64,000 nt of DNA from Azolla caroliniana (GCA_043228905.1 JBHGNT010000001.1:15624001-15688000); one strand, 5' to 3'. Shown: positions 48,199 through 63,376, counted from the first letter of the stretch. The notes: generated from the letters alone by a model not told the origin. Made by a program: numbers and translations.

Positions 48199-51100
48199 AT
48201 GGCCTTTGCCTATCCCCGCTTTAACGGCGAAACCGATGCCACAACCCATATTCGCATGTTCCTTAATGTCTGGAATGTGAACCACATGGCGGAGAGCCTT
48301 TCGGAGGTGGTAGCGCCCCAGTCGAAAATGACGGAGTTCAGGTTAACATTGGATGGGCGAGCGGCGTTTTGGCATTCACAGATGGATTTACCAGCAATCA
48401 CAACCTTCGATCAACTGTAGTCTACTTTCTTACGGTTCTTCCACACAACGCGAAATCCTCGGACAATTCTACACGATTAAGCAACTGCCGACCGAGACAA
48501 TTGCAGACTTCAGCTTACATTTCCAAAATTTATAGCGGAAACTAGAACGAAGCCCCGTGGAGGACGAGGCTCGAGAGACATCTCTAGCAGCATTACGCCG
48601 ACCCATCCGGGCAACGCTCAACAACAATAGCGTGAAAGGGGAAATGGCGGATATGGTCATTGAACGAGCGTTATAGCTCGAGTTGGAAGAGGAGGAGGAA
48701 AGGTTTTTATGTCCTCCTTACGACAAGCGTTACCCCAGGACGAGGAACACCAGTTTTGTCAAGCAATCCAGTGCACGATTTTCTTGAACTCGGGGCATTC
48801 CGCAGTGGAGTGCACTATGTGAATCCATTGCCCAATCTGCCACTCGAAGGCTCACAGAGTCAAACAATGCGAATACAATATATTGAACAGAGCCACTCCC
48901 ACAGTCCGTAGCACGGACACCCAGCGTCCCCCACGCCGTACTGAACAAAGGAGGCAAGAAGATCGACCACGGTATATGGATCGCAACCCATGGGACGACC
49001 GGCACCACCGCAATCGCTGAAATCACAATGATTCCGGGGAAGACGAACCAGAGGACGAGGATTATCGTTGTCATCCGAGTTATGCTAAAGGAGGCCGACG
49101 CTACGAGAATCACCGGCCGAAAAACAAACGTGGCGGCTTCAATGGTTATCGTGGTAAGCCGTGGCAATATCGAGATCATCGGCATTACGACGAAAGCTCG
49201 GGAGATGAGCGACACCAAGAACAATGACGGGACCAACAACAACCACCGCGTGCATTCCGACAAACGAGGCCGGACTTTGAGGAGCAAGTTGCACCAGGGG
49301 ATCGGCACACACCACCAGGAGCCAAGAAGGGTGAATCAAGCATCCATTGTTTTATTTGTCAGCATCCCGAACATTATGCCACGCAATGCCCAACACGCAA
49401 AGGCAAGGGGCCCGCCGTCAATACGATTACGGCGGAAGTGCAGCAAGTCACGACATGCCAGCAAACAAAAACGGTTGATTGCGCTGCGCAAGATGAGATA
49501 CGACGACAAGCCCAGGCATGGGTGGAAAAAGCCAACGCGACCAATACAGAGTGCATGCGGAAGGAGTCCACAAATGCGAGGGAGCGAGCAGAGGATGAAG
49601 GACCGGTCGTAGACCCCATTTGGCAGGCATTAGCAGGCTGCGAGATAATGTTAACCATGGAGAAGTTCTTGCAGCTAGTCCCACGCTTCCACCCGACCAT
49701 GGAAGAACGGGTGACGAGCATACCCGGGGTGAGCGTCGCTACAAACCTTACAGACGTTAGCGACGGACCGCCGGTAGTGGATCACCACAACCCAGCTATT
49801 ACATTAATATTACACGGACAGGAAATTCCTAGATGCTTAATCGATGGCGGCTCAGGCGTCAATGTAATTAGCACGAAAACTTGCGAGCAGTTAGGCATTT
49901 CAGAATGGGAGGCTTGCCCATTCTGGCTCTGAATGGTAGATACCCGCTCAGTACGACCATTGGGGTTAATTCGGAAGATAGGCATTATCGTGGGTGGACA
50001 TCGCTTCGACATCTCGGCGGTCGTCCTCGCCTTGGACGCCCTAGGGGCGTACCCAGTGCTTCTGGGCATACCATGGCTTCGGGCAGCAAATATCATGCAA
50101 AGCTGGCAACACAAGTGTATCAGTTTTCAACACGGACGCACCAAGGTTCGCGTACCTACGGAAGGAAGCACGCCACAACCCAAGGGTATAACACCATTAT
50201 ACGCAGAAGATATAAATATGTTGGCTGGGGCGGAGGATGCAGAATTAGAGGCATACCTAGATGAGCACCCACAGATCATTCCGTTGTTCGAAATCGACGT
50301 CATCGCAACCGCGGCAGAATATGCCACGGGCACTATTCTCCACGACGAAGCTTACGAATCAAACCCAGAGTCCATATTGGAACTCAGCAGAGCACGGGCG
50401 GCATTCGAAAGGGAAATGGAAATTTCACGACGAGTCACCGCCTCCGCCCTGGACAAAATAAATGTGGGTACGGAGTCGGAACCCCGTTTCCTCTACATCG
50501 CAAAGGAATTAAGGCCGGACCAGAGAAACATGATGATCGTACTACTCACGAAATATAAAGATGTGTTCGCTTGGGCTCACGAGGACATGAAGAGGTTAGA
50601 TCCCAAGTTCTATCAGCATAAGATCAATTTAGCAACCAATGCAAAACCCGTCTAGCAACACAACTACCACATGAACTCGAACTACGCGACCCGCGTAAAA
50701 GAAGAAATTGACAAACTCTTGAAGGTGGGGTTCATACGGCCAGCTAAACAAGACACATGGTTAAGCCCGATAGTGGTCATTCCAAAGAAAAACGGCAAAA
50801 TACAGGTATGCGTGGATTACCGAGAATTAAACGCTGTAACCATTACGGACGCATTCCCTTTACCCTTCACCGATAGCGTACTGGACGCCATCATAGGACA
50901 TGAGATGTACAGTTTTTTAGATGGCTTCAGTGGGTATAACTAGGTACGCATGCATCCTGAAGACCAAGAAAAGACGGCATTTGTCACGGACTGGGGAGTC
51001 TATGTGGCAGTGGTCATGATGTTCGGGCTAAAGACAGCGCCGACAACATTTCAACGGACAATTACGGAGATCTTTGGGGAATACATTCCGGCGTTCATGC

Positions 51101-53259
51101 AAGTTTTTTTAGATGACTTTGCGGTATATGGGAAAACAATAGACCATTTTATGCACCTGCAATCGTGCCTGGAACGTTGCCGCACCACACGCTTAAGCCT
51201 GAATCCCGCGAAATGTGCTTTCGGCGTGACCAGCGGGACTCTCCTGGGCCATATAGTCAGCAAGGAGGGAATAGCGGTCGATCTGAACAAGATCTCCGCG
51301 ATTACGCAAGCCAAAACTCCAACAAACGCGAAATCACTCGGCCGGTTTTTAGGACGAATACGGTGGCATAGTCGGATGATACGATATTTGGCGGACTTCG
51401 CCACATCGTTACATGGACTCCCTTCCAATGGACCGCAACGGAGGATAAGGCTTATGAGGCACTTAAGATAATGCTCACACAGGCCCCCGTCGTACAACCA
51501 CCAGTTTGGGCAAAGCCATTCCACGTGTTCGTCGACGCCTCGGACATAGCAATAGGAAGTGCACTAATGCGGCTCACCAAGCCAAACTGGTACCAGCCAG
51601 TGTACTACGCTAGTCGCAAATTATCAACAGCAGAGCGTAACTATTCCACAACGGAGCGGGAGGCGCTAGGGATGATCTATAGCATCAATAAATTCCGGCA
51701 TTATTTACTAGGGAGGAAGTTCACATTCCACGTGGATCATTCGGCGCTGCTGTATTTGGTGGAGAAACAAACCCTGATGGGGAAATTGGCGTGATGGATG
51801 CTGCTGCTTCAAGAATTCGATTTTGTAATCCAGCACCGACCAGGGACGCAACATGCAGTGGCAGATTTTTTGAGCAGACTCGAGAATGGAGAAACAGTAC
51901 AAAAAGATGACGACGATTTTCCGGACGCCGACATCCTACGGGTAGCAGCACTAGCAGAAAGAACGGAATCGACCTTTCCGGACTAGTGGCTTATGGAAAT
52001 GACATACTTTTTGACTACAGGACTGCCTCCACTACAATTACGCACGGACGAGAAGAAACAACTAGCCGTCCGAAGTCGTAACATCTGCCTCATAGAAGAA
52101 GTTTTATATCACAAAGGAAGTGACAACATTTGGCAACGTGGGGTACGTCAAGATGAGAAAGAAGTAGTTTTACAGGAGGCGCACTGCGGCACGGTAGGCG
52201 GCCATTACGCAGGCAATGTTACAACCCGGAAAATATGGCAGGCGGGCTTATGGTGGCCGACAACGCAGAAGGACACATCCGAGTATTGTAGAAAGTGTGA
52301 TTTGTGTCAACGGATGGGCCAACCCACGGAGGGCGCAAGGATGCCACATCAGCCCTTATTACCGCTAGACCCCTTCCAAAAGTGGGGATTGGATTTTCTG
52401 GGCCCCTTCACACCAGCGGCAGCCCGTACGGGCAATAAATACATATTGGTAGCCACGGATTATTGCATCAAGTGGGTAGAAGCAAAGGCACTACGAGAAA
52501 ATACGGTGGACGTCACAGCGAGATTCCTTTACGAGCACATCTGGTGCCGGTTCGGCTGTCCGATTGAGCTCATCAATGACTAGGGGAGTCACTTTCTCAA
52601 TACGATGGTTCGGGAACTAACACATCATTAAGCCGTAGTCCATAAGAAGAGTACGCCATATTATCCACAAGCGAATGGGTTAGCGGAATCCACCAACAAG
52701 ACGTCTTGAAGAAAATCTTCAATGAAAATAGAACGGACTGGGATACCAAATTACAGAGTGCGTTATGGGCGTACAGAACCAGCTACAAAACAAGCATACA
52801 ATCAACACCGTTTCGACTAGCGTTTGGGTTGGAGGCTGTGATGCCGGTCAAATTTCAGGTACCCAGTTTGTGGATTCATGTACGGGACCGACTATCAGAA
52901 GCCAAGTCGAAGGAGGTACGGCTCCACCAGCTACTCAAACTTGGGGAAAACGCGTACACAGCATGCCTGTGTTGGAGCAGGAACAACGACGATGTAAAGC
53001 GTTTGTGGATTGACATCGGAACGCAACGGAAAAGGAGTTCGTTGTCGCTCGAGCGGTGCTGGTTTTCCAAACCCGCATGGGCCATATGCTAGGGAAATTA
53101 CGCTTCCGCTGGACTGGCCCATACTGGATAATTGGAGCGGAACAAGGCACGTCCCAACTAGGTACGCTGGCCGGGAAAGTAGTATGGCAAAAGGTGAATG
53201 GGTTTTGCCTTAAACCTTACCGGGGCTCTACGCCACCTAACCCATTCACCGCCAAATAG
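48199..53259 (+). pseudogene. A2 gag-pro-RT-RH-INT
   Basis: LIDGGSGVN, FLDGFSGY, VFLDDF, VDASD..YSTTERE, EAHCG..GGHY and WTGPY, with many stops. Confidence 0.92.
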
Positions 53260-53437
53260 GACAAAGCCGAAGAACCCACGACGTAAATGGACAGCCCCAC
53301 TTGTACCATAATGTAAAAATAGGTTGTATATAACCGTTACAAAAAAAATAAAAAATAAAAAAAAAGAGAAGATAGCGACACTATTAAAAGGACTAAATGC
53401 ATGCACAGACTCCTAGTTCAAGAACACGCGGCATCAC

Positions 53438-56400
53438 GATGGCTCACAACCCAAGGAACCCTAAGCCACAAAAAGAAGGAAATAGAAGATCTTCTGCACA
53501 AAACAGAAACCCACCTTCTAACTATCAGCGCTCCCATCACTCCCCCCCCTCACCTTCCTCTCCATCCTATCACAAAGCTCCAGCCCACCGCAAGCACCAG
53601 TCTCCTTCCCATGAACCTACTCTGGCGATGCCGATCTTCATCTCTACTACCTTATGCCGATGGCTCGTGGAGAAACGCCTGGATGGGTACATCCGGGTCG
53701 CAGAGGCACCCCCACACCCGGACGCCATGGACGTCGCCAAGGCCTATAGAACGAAGCAGATCCCGGATCCCTTCTTTCGTGAAGTTGTCAAGTTCCTGTT
53801 AGAGGTCAGTTGCGTACATGTCAACACATATGGGATGCCCAAACAGAAGGCGGGCATCATTATCGATACCTTTGAAGGGCGTGCGGTCGATTGGGGGGTC
53901 ATCACAGGGCCGGCATTAAGGGAAGGCCTGCATGTGTATCAGGCAGGAGAAAAGCTCACGCCGATCATACAACAGTACCTTACGGTACTATTCCCACCCC
54001 GAGGCCTGCCGACACCACAACCTAGTCGACCCACGCCCTCGCCTCGATCCGCGAAGACCGGAACTGGAACCGGCCAAGACCCCGAATCGGATTCGAATGA
54101 AGAGCAAATGGAGGAGCCGGTTACCGAAGCCCAGACACAGAGATATCATCTCAGAGAGAGAAGGCCCCCCCGGACATTTCCAGAAAGCTTCGAAGAAGTG
54201 AAGGATGACACCCACATCCGAAAATGGTTAAGTGCCATGCAGGATGAGATGGATTCCCTACATGAGAACCATACGTACGAATTGGTGGAGTTGCCGAAAG
54301 GAAAGCGGGCACTCCGAAATAAGTGGGTGTACAATTTGAAACCGGGAGATGCTGGCAACCCCACGAGATACAAAGCCAGGATCGTGGTGAAGGGGTTCCA
54401 ACAGAAGAAGGGCGTGGACTTCGACGAGATATTTGCCCCGGTAGTAAAGATGACCTCCATCCAGACGGTGCTGAGTATAGCGGCAAGCATGGACCTCGAG
54501 GTAGAGCAGCTAGATGTGAAGACAACATTCCTTCATGGCGACCTCGAAGAGGAGATCTACAAGCAGCAAACGGAAGGATTCGTGGAGAAAGGGAAGGAGC
54601 ACCTGGTATGCCAGTTGAAGAAGAGCCTGTACCAACTGAAGCAGGCTCCCCGACAATGGTACCGGAAGTTCGACTCCTTCATGATCGATCAAGGGTACCA
54701 TAAGACGCAGGCCGATCACTGCATGTTTGTGAAAAAGTTCGAAGGAGGCAACTTCTTGATACTCTTTCTGTATGTGGATGACATGTTGATCGTTGGACGG
54801 GACCAAGTCAAAATACGGATGCTGAAGAAGGCTCTCAACCGGACCTTCTCAATGAAAGACTTGGGTCCGGCAAGACAGATGTTGGGGATGCATATCATCC
54901 GGAGCCGGCCATCGAAGCAATTGTGGTTGTCACAGGAGAAGTACGTGACAAAGGTGCTTCGGCAGCTCAACATGTTGGAAACGAAACCGGTCGGATCAAC
55001 ACTCCCGGCAAACTACAGATTATCCGGTAAGCGAAGCCCGAAAATGAAAGTAGAGAAGGCTGATATGATGAAGGTTCCATATGCCTTTGCTGTTGGGAGC
55101 TTAATGTACGCAATGGTGTGTACCCGACCGGATATAGGATATGTAGTCGGAGTGGTGAGCCGGTTTATGAGCAATCCCGACAAGGAGCACTAGAACGCGG
55201 TCAAATGGATACTCCGGTACTTGAAGGGCACTTTGAACATGTGTCTCCGATTCGGCTCCGATAAACCTCAACTTGACGGTTTTACCGATTCGGACATGTC
55301 GGCTGATGTGGATACCAGCCGGTCTACATCCGGGTATGTAATGACATATGTAGGGGGAGCTGTTTTGTGGCAGTCGAGGCTGCAGAAAACGATTGCGATG
55401 TCAACCACGAAGGCGGTGTACATGGCGGCAGTGGAAGCCGGTAAGGAAATATTATGGATGAAGGACTTCATCGGAGAGCTCGGTATTCGGCAAGATGAAT
55501 ATCGGCTCTACTGCGACAGTCAAAGTGTCATTCCCCTTGCTAAGAATGCGGCCTACCATTCCTGGACAAAGCATATCCAGCGAAGGTAATACTGGATCCG
55601 GACACACGGACAACACGTCCCGCCCAGCCAAACACACGGACAACGCAGGAAGAACGGCCGACACGTCCCGTGGAAGTAGCCCTAGAGTCGGACACCGAAA
55701 CACGGCAGGATAGCCCAAGACCGAAACGGTATAGATTGGACAGGAAAGATTGGCAGGGATTGGTCAAAGATGTCCCCACGGTAACAGAGACAATTACCGA
55801 AGGCGATGGCCCCACAGCTACGGAGCCCAATACCACCTTCGAAATCATCCGAGAGCCACGAACGATCATTACGACCCAGTCCCAACGAGGGAAAGCCGTA
55901 TTGACGGCGGAAAGTGAGGTTTTGACATATCCAGATATCCCAGATATGGCCCATGAGTTCAGCGCCCTCTTACAGTTCGGCACCTCTTTTGAGCTCATGA
56001 ATTCCTGGCAACACAACAAATAAAAGCCTCCCAACGAATGGCCGAGGAGCACACGGAGCACCAGATGATCTAGCGCGCCCTAACACAAACGACAGAGAGC
56101 GACGATGAGGACCGGCTAGCCAAGGTCGGCAGACAGAGGAACGTCGGGGTACGCCGAGTGGGGATGGAGCTACCCCCACTAAACACGGCCCTAGTCGAAG
56201 TCCATAGCGAACTGGCAAAGGTCAGCACGGGCGCCAAGGAGATGGCCATTAAAAATAAGAATGTCTGGAAGAAGGTGAAAATGACCCAAGCCGAGCTGCA
56301 AAAAGCCAACGAATGCATCGCGGAGTTGGAAGTTAACGCGACGACGGCGCAACACGCAACTCCGCCACCAAACCACGCCATCGACACTTTGAAGGAAGAA

Positions 56401-57736
56401 ATCGAGGCTCAGACCGCCATTGCCTCAAAAGCGAAAAGGGTCGTGCAACTAGCGGAATCAGAAATTGACCACCTTCGAGCTAAACTACGTCAATCCTCAG
56501 ACAGAGAAAAGGAGACCCGGGCTAACGGACGTAAGGTAGTAAAAACCCTTAAAGAGAAACTCGCTATGGAGGTAGCTCAGCACATCCGGACAAAAGACGA
56601 AAACGCCCAATTACGGGATGAAGCGAAGCAATCGGAGGTGGCAATCACGGGACTCCGGGCCTTATTAGAGAAAAAGAAGGTATGGTTCGATGAGCAGCTG
56701 GTGGTCGAATAGGAAAGAAGGCATCAACTCAAATCTGCCTAAACAATGAAATGGGGAAATTAGAAGAACAAGATGCAAAGGAATCCCAGCTGTGGGCGGG
56801 CTTGGAGACCACATACGAAGAAGCGGCGGCGGTAAGGCAGCAAGAAATTGCAAACCTCCAGAAGTTGATGGAGGACGCACGCAACCGTTGCCAAGCCATC
56901 ACAGACAACGTGTGTATCCTTCTCCAAACAAATCGGGAGAGGTTCACAGTGCAATTGAAAATGGCACTGGACAAAGGATGGATGGCGTGGGCAACCCAAG
57001 CAGCGGAATTGCACGCGTATCGTGCGGACTAGGAGAACCGGCGAAAAGACGGTCGAGGTTCTTATAAACTAAATGAGAAGAGCATTGCGGTCGTACACGA
57101 GAACCTAGCGCAAGACTATCGTGCGCTAGCGGACAAACATTCCAAAGAACTCGCGCAGCTCTTAGATGATTTTGGTGAAAGCCAGGAGGAGCTATTTCAG
57201 CATATCACACAAGCCGGCAACATGCGAACAAATGAGGAAGCCAGGGCGACGCCGATTCCGGGCACGGCCGAAGAAGAGGAACCTCAGGCAGATCACCAGA
57301 AATTACAACGATGATGAATAACGCAGACCAACGAGCGGAGTCCCCCATAGTACCAAACAACGAAACCATTGCCCAAGAGGAGGTCCATCCGCAGAAGCCG
57401 ACGCTATCGTCGGACCACACGGAGAACGGTGCGTGCCAGGCGGAATCGCAGTCCCACTCCCCGGAACATACAAAGACGGCTGACACCACGAAGGAAGTAA
57501 CGATTGAGACAGAGCCAGGGCCGACCGCAATCACGACAACGGCGGGGCCCAACCCACTAGCTCAAGAAGAGCCCACAGAACCTGGACCGCCCACACACGA
57601 CGACTGCGACACCGGGAGAAACCATTTCGACCAAACAGGGGAGCCACACCACGATGCACCTATGGGCCCCACGTTGCCTCCGGACGTGAACACCGTAGCA
57701 GAGCCAAACATCCGGGCCATTTTGGAAGAAGATTAA
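53438..57736 (+). pseudogene. A2 extra ORF, interrupted by a copia fragment
   Basis: Homologous to the A1 extra ORF on both sides of 54057-55600. Confidence 0.75.
54057..55600 (+). mobile_element. LTR-less copia RT/RNase H fragment, copy of ~61007-62586
   Basis: Near-identical to copia E, including the same premature TAG. Confidence 0.9.
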
Positions 57737-58069
57737 CGGGATGGGTCCGACGTGCCAGGGCACTGTCCACCAGACGTGCCAGGTGTTGTCCGCTGGAATA
57801 GTAACCGACGGACAAGAGCGTAGGAATAAGAAATAATATAAGAAGCGTGAACGGCTAAATAGACTCTGCGTATATAAAGGGCAGAAAACCTCCGATAGAG
57901 GGGGCGTGTAATTTGAATTGTAAAGAAGCGTATTGTAATAGAATTCTATCTTCTCTGAAAGTCTGTGTATAGCTATGGCTCATCTACTATGTGTCTGGAA
58001 TACCTGAGCGTGAAAGAACGTAAGTGTAACCATTGTTAAGGAGTCGGTTGTAGCCGTCTGCCTTATACG

Positions 58070-61000
58070 TGTTAGGAAACAGATCCCTCCGGATGAGTAC
58101 CCAGAAACGGAAGACCCGGTGAGAACTAGATGTGGTGTACCCGGCAAGCGCTGGATGACGAGTACCCAGCTACTGAAGACCCGGTGAGAACCGGATGAAG
58201 TGTGCCCGGCAAGCACCGAATGATGCAGGCCCAGTGAGAAGTGCTTACCGGATGAAGGGACATATTTGTAAATAGCCAAAAAGTCATATTAGTATAAATA
58301 TGACTTAGGGCAAACAAAGAATAGTGATGTTGTTGTTATTCTTGTTGGCGCAAGATTAGTGCGTGCAACTGTGTATAGAGAGAGTGAGAGAAAGGAAGAG
58401 GTCGTTGCCTCTATTGTAACCGCCGCCTGTGGCAAAGATAGAAAGCTCGAGGTCGTTGTTTCGGTGCTTTACCATTTTGTACATTTTGACATAGTGATAG
58501 TTTGTAGTCTATGGGCTGCCGTGGTTTTTCCCATATTTGGGTTTTCCACGTAAAAATCCTGTGCACTCTTCTCTTCAATGTGGCGTGCATTCGTTCCCGT
58601 TTTTCTATGTATGATTCTAAGCTCGGTTGTGGCCGAGCGTTGCGCATAGGGAGCGTGTAGTTCCTGTCAAAGTGGTATCAGAGTGAAACGACACAGAAGA
58701 TGGACGAATCGTTGGGCGGCATGTTCAAGCTCACCGACTCAAACTATTCAGTGTGGAATTCGAAGATGAGCGACATGCTCGTGGTTAAAGATCTTTGGTT
58801 GCCGGTTCAGTTCGGGGACAAGAGACTGGACAAAATCGACGCCACGATATGGGAGGTGATGCACATGAAGACAACGGCGTACATACGGTGCTCGATAGAC
58901 ATGAGCCTATACAACAACTTCAATGAAGAGAGCAAGGCTCATGAGCTCTGGGAGAAGATCAACATTATGTTTCAGAAAAAAAATGATGTTATCCAGGTCT
59001 CGGTATTTCGGAAGCTAGTAAGACTCTGGTACTAAGATGGCTCCAGCATGGCGGAGCACATGAATGCCTTCTAGGGGCTGATACACCAGGCAACATCATT
59101 GGAAGTACCTCTCGCCGACGAGGTACTAGCGCTACTCCTACTCGGTTCCCTCCCGGATAGCTAGGAGATGTTGGTTGTCACTTTGGGCAACGCCGGGCCG
59201 GAAGGGAAATGGCTATCCCTAGCAAGAGTGAAGTCGAGCTTACTAGATGAGGAGGCGCGTCGGAAAGATAAGGATACAAGCTCTGACTCCAAAGTGCTCC
59301 TTACTGAATCGGAACGCGGAAGACAAAGGAACCGTAGTCCCCAGAACCGGGAAAAGTCGGGAACACGGTCAAAGTCAAGGGGGAGGCCTACTTGCTTCTA
59401 TTGCGGCTAGCCGAGACACTTCCAGAAGGACTGTCGGCATTTCCGAAAAGACAAGGAAACCGACGGTACCGATTCGAAGCGGACACCGGACCGGAACGGT
59501 AAAGACCGGAGGGGGCCGGACCGGAAGGGAACGACGGCAATTGCGGCAAGTGAAGAGGAGTTGATGCTCATCACCGAGGAGAGTGAGATAAACCTTGCCG
59601 GCGATGAGATGACCTGGGTGGTCGACTCCGGAGCGTCGTTCCACCTTACCCCGGACCGGAAGTGCTTCTCATCCTACTCAGCCAGTGATCACGACTGTGT
59701 CCGGATGGGGAATGAAGGTACATGCCGAATTGTCGACATAGGAGACGTGTGGTTGATTGACCATACCAACCGGATGCAAGTTGTTGCTGAAGGATGTCTG
59801 ACACGTTCCGGAGGTTCGTCTGAACTTGATATCAGCCGGTCGGCTAGATGATGAAGGCTACACGGGTAGCATCCGGAACGGTGTTATGAAGTTCAACAAA
59901 GGGAGCCTGATTGTGGCTCGGGCCTGGAAGGTAAACACATTGTACCTGATGAATGCCCGATTATGTCCGGAGGAAGTGAACGTGGCATCCAACACTGCCG
60001 ATGAGCTGTGGCACAAGAGGCTGTGTCACATGAGCAAGAAGGGGATGAAGAGGCTTGCAGACGACAACCTCATTCCAATGAAGAACGTGCACTGATTGTC
60101 TGGCTGGAAAGCAAAACCGGACCTCCTTCCGATCGAGGCCACCGATGAGACGTAATGCACCGCTAGAGTTGGTGCATACTGATGTGTGTGAAGTGGACAC
60201 GAAGTCACATGCAGGATCGCAGTACTTCGTGATGTTCATAGATGACCACAATCGGAAGCTGTGGGCCACACCATTGAAGACAAAGGATCAGGTGTTATCC
60301 GTCTTCAAAGAGTTCCATGCGAGAGTGGAAAGAGAATCCAGCCAGAAGCTCAAGGCGGTTCGAGCAGATAACAGAGGTGAATACCGGGGGCAGTTCGAGG
60401 AGTACTGTCGCTCGAAGGGAATCCGGCTCGAATTTACCATGCCGAAGACGCCGGAACTAAACGGGTTGGCCGAAAGGATGAACCGGATCATAATGGAAAG
60501 GGTCCGGAGTATATGCTAGGGCATGCAAAGTTACCCAAGACGTTTTGGGTTGAGGCGTTGTCGACAGCGACGTATGTGATAAACAGATCACCCTCAGTGC
60601 CCTTGGATGGAGACACACCGCAGAAGGTGTGAACCGGTAAGGTGTCCTACCGGCATCTGAAGGTGTTCGGGTGTCTCGCATACGTGCATGTAGCTAAGGA
60701 CCAGAGAGGAAAGTTAGATCCAAAGACCCGACCATGCATATTCCTCGGTTACAGCGACGATGAGTTCGGCTACCGACTGTGGGACCTGGTCGACAAGAAG
60801 CTATTCCAGAGTCGATATATTATCTTCATGGAGGAAAAGACGCTCACCGACTGGGAGTCGGAGAAGAAGATAATGACCTCTGAGTCGACCGGTAAGGATC
60901 GATTCTACGATGAGTAGACCCAACCGGCAAGAGACCGATTAGCACTCCAGGAACCAACCGGTTACGGTGAGTATACCGAACCGGCAGAAGAAGTAGACGA

Positions 61001-63376
61001 AGCTGAAACCGGAACCGGCCAATACCCCGAATCGGATACGGATGATGAGCAAATGGAGGAGCCGGTTACCGAAGCCCAGAGATGGAGATATCCTCTCAGA
61101 GAGAGAAGGCCCCCCCGGACATTTCCGGATGCAGAGCATGTGCTGCTAACCGATGAGGGGGAGCCAGAAAGCTTCGAAGAAGTGAAGGATGACACCCACA
61201 GCCGAAAATGGTTAAGTGCCATGCAGGATGAGATGGATTCCCTACATGAGAACCATACGTACGAATTGGTGGAGTTGCCGACAGGAAAGCGAGCACTCCG
61301 AAATAAGTGGGTGTACAAGTTGAAACCGGGAGATGCCGACAACCCCACGAGATACAAAGCCAGGATCGTGGTGAAGGGGTTCCAACAGAAGAAGGGTGTG
61401 GACTTCGACGAGATATTTGCCTCGGTAGTAAAGATGACCTCCATCCGGACGGTGCTGAGTATAGCGGCAAGCATGGACCTTGAGGTAGAGCAGCTAGACG
61501 TGAAGACAACATTCCTTCACGGCGACCTCGAAGAGGAGATCTACATGCAGCAATCGGAAGGATTCGTGGAGAAAGGGAAGGAGCACCTGGTATGCCGGTT
61601 GAAGAAGAGCCTGTACAGACTAAAGCAGGCTCCCCGACAATGGTACCGGAAGTTCGACTCCTTCATGACCGATCAAGGGTACCACAAGACGCAGGTCGAT
61701 CACTGCGTGTTTGTGAAGAAGTTCGAAGGAGGCAACTTCCTGATACTCCTTCTGTACGTGGATGACATGTTGATTGTTGGACGGTACCAAGTCAAAATAC
61801 GGATGCTGAAGAAGGCTCTCAACCGGACCTTCTCAATGAAAGACTTGGGTCTGGCAAGACGAATGCTGGGGATGCATATCATTTGGAACAGGCCATCCAA
61901 GCAATTGTGGCTGTCACAGGAGAAGTACGTGACAAAGGTGCTTCAGCTGTTCAACATATTGGAAGCGAAACCGGTCGGATCAACACTCCCAACAACCTAC
62001 AGATTATCCGGTAAGCAAAGCCCGAAGATGAAAGCAGAGAAGGCTGATATGATGAAGGTTCCATATGCCTTTGCCGTTGGGAGCTTAATGTACGCAATGG
62101 TGTGTACCCGACTGGATATAGGATATGTAGTCGGACTGGTGAGCCGGTTTATAAGCAATCCCGGCAAGGAGCACTAGAACGCGGTCAAATGGATACTCCG
62201 GTACTTGAAGGGCACTTTGAACATGTGTCTCCGATTCAGCTCCGGTAAACCTCACCTTGACGGTTTTACCGATTCGGACATGTCGACTGATGTGGATACT
62301 AGCTGGTCTACATCCGGTTATGTAATGACATATGTAGGGGGAGCTGTTTCGTGGCAGTCGAGGCTGCAGAAGACGGTTGCGCTATCAACCACAGAGGCGG
62401 AGTACATGGCATCTGTGGAAGCCGGCAAGGAAATATTATGGATGAAGGACTTCATCGGAGAGCTCGGTATTCAGCAAGATGAATATCGGCTCTACTGCGA
62501 CAGTCAAAGTCTCATCCACCTTGCTAAGAATGCGGCCTACCATTCCTGGACAAAGTATATCCAGCGAAGGTATCACTGGATCCGGGAAAGAGTAGATGAC
62601 CAGGAGTTCGCGCTGACGAAGATCCACATGGCCGAGAACGGGTCAGATATGCTGACCAAAGTACTAATACCCGACAAGCTGGATGCATGCCGGAAGCGGG
62701 TCAGACTAGTAAGACATCCCATGCCGGAGTGAAGGGGAAGTTTGTCAGGAAACAGGTCCCTCCGGATGAGGAGTACCCGGAAACGGAAGACCCGGTGAGA
62801 ACCGGATGAGGAGTACCCGGCTAGGGAAGACCCGGTGAGAACCGGATGTGGTGTATCCGGCAAGCACCGGATGACGAGTACCCGGCTATGGAAGAGCCGG
62901 TGAGAACCGGATGAAGGGTGCCCGGCAAGTGTCGAATGATGCAGGCCCGGTGAGAAGTGCTCACCAGATGAAGGGACATATTTGTAAATAGCCATAAAGT
63001 CATATTAGTATAAATATGACTTAGGGCAAACAAAGAATAGTGATGTTGTTGTTATTCTTGTTGGCACAAGATTAGTGCGTGCAATTGTGTACAGAGAGAG
63101 TGAGAGAGAGGAAGAGGTCGTTGCCTCTGTTGTAACCGCCGCTTGTGGCAAAGATAGAAAGCTCGAGGTCGTTGTTTCGGTGCTTTACCATTTTGTACAT
63201 TCTGACATAGTGATAGTTTGTAGTCTGTGGGCTGTTGTGGTTTTTCCCGTATTTGGGTTTTCCACGTAAACATCCTGTGTACTCTTGTCTTCACTGTGTC
63301 GTGCATTCATTATGTGTATGATTCTAAGCTCGGTTGTGGCCGAGCGTTGCGCATAGGGAGCGTGTAGTTCCTGTCA
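58070..63376 (+). mobile_element. Copia E (Tork-like, decayed), inserted in the A2 3' LTR
   Basis: LTRs at 58070-58669 and 62743-63376. TSD ATACG, PBS at 58673, PPT GAAGGGGAAG. Confidence 0.96.
58700..62732 (+). pseudogene. Copia E gag-pol with stops and frameshifts
   Basis: Fragmented ORFs homologous to 15499-19572. Confidence 0.93.

Noticed and set aside
53397-55193. 598-aa ORF as a novel functional RT fusion gene
   Set aside because: It is a chance in-frame junction ending at an inherited premature stop inside a decayed element.
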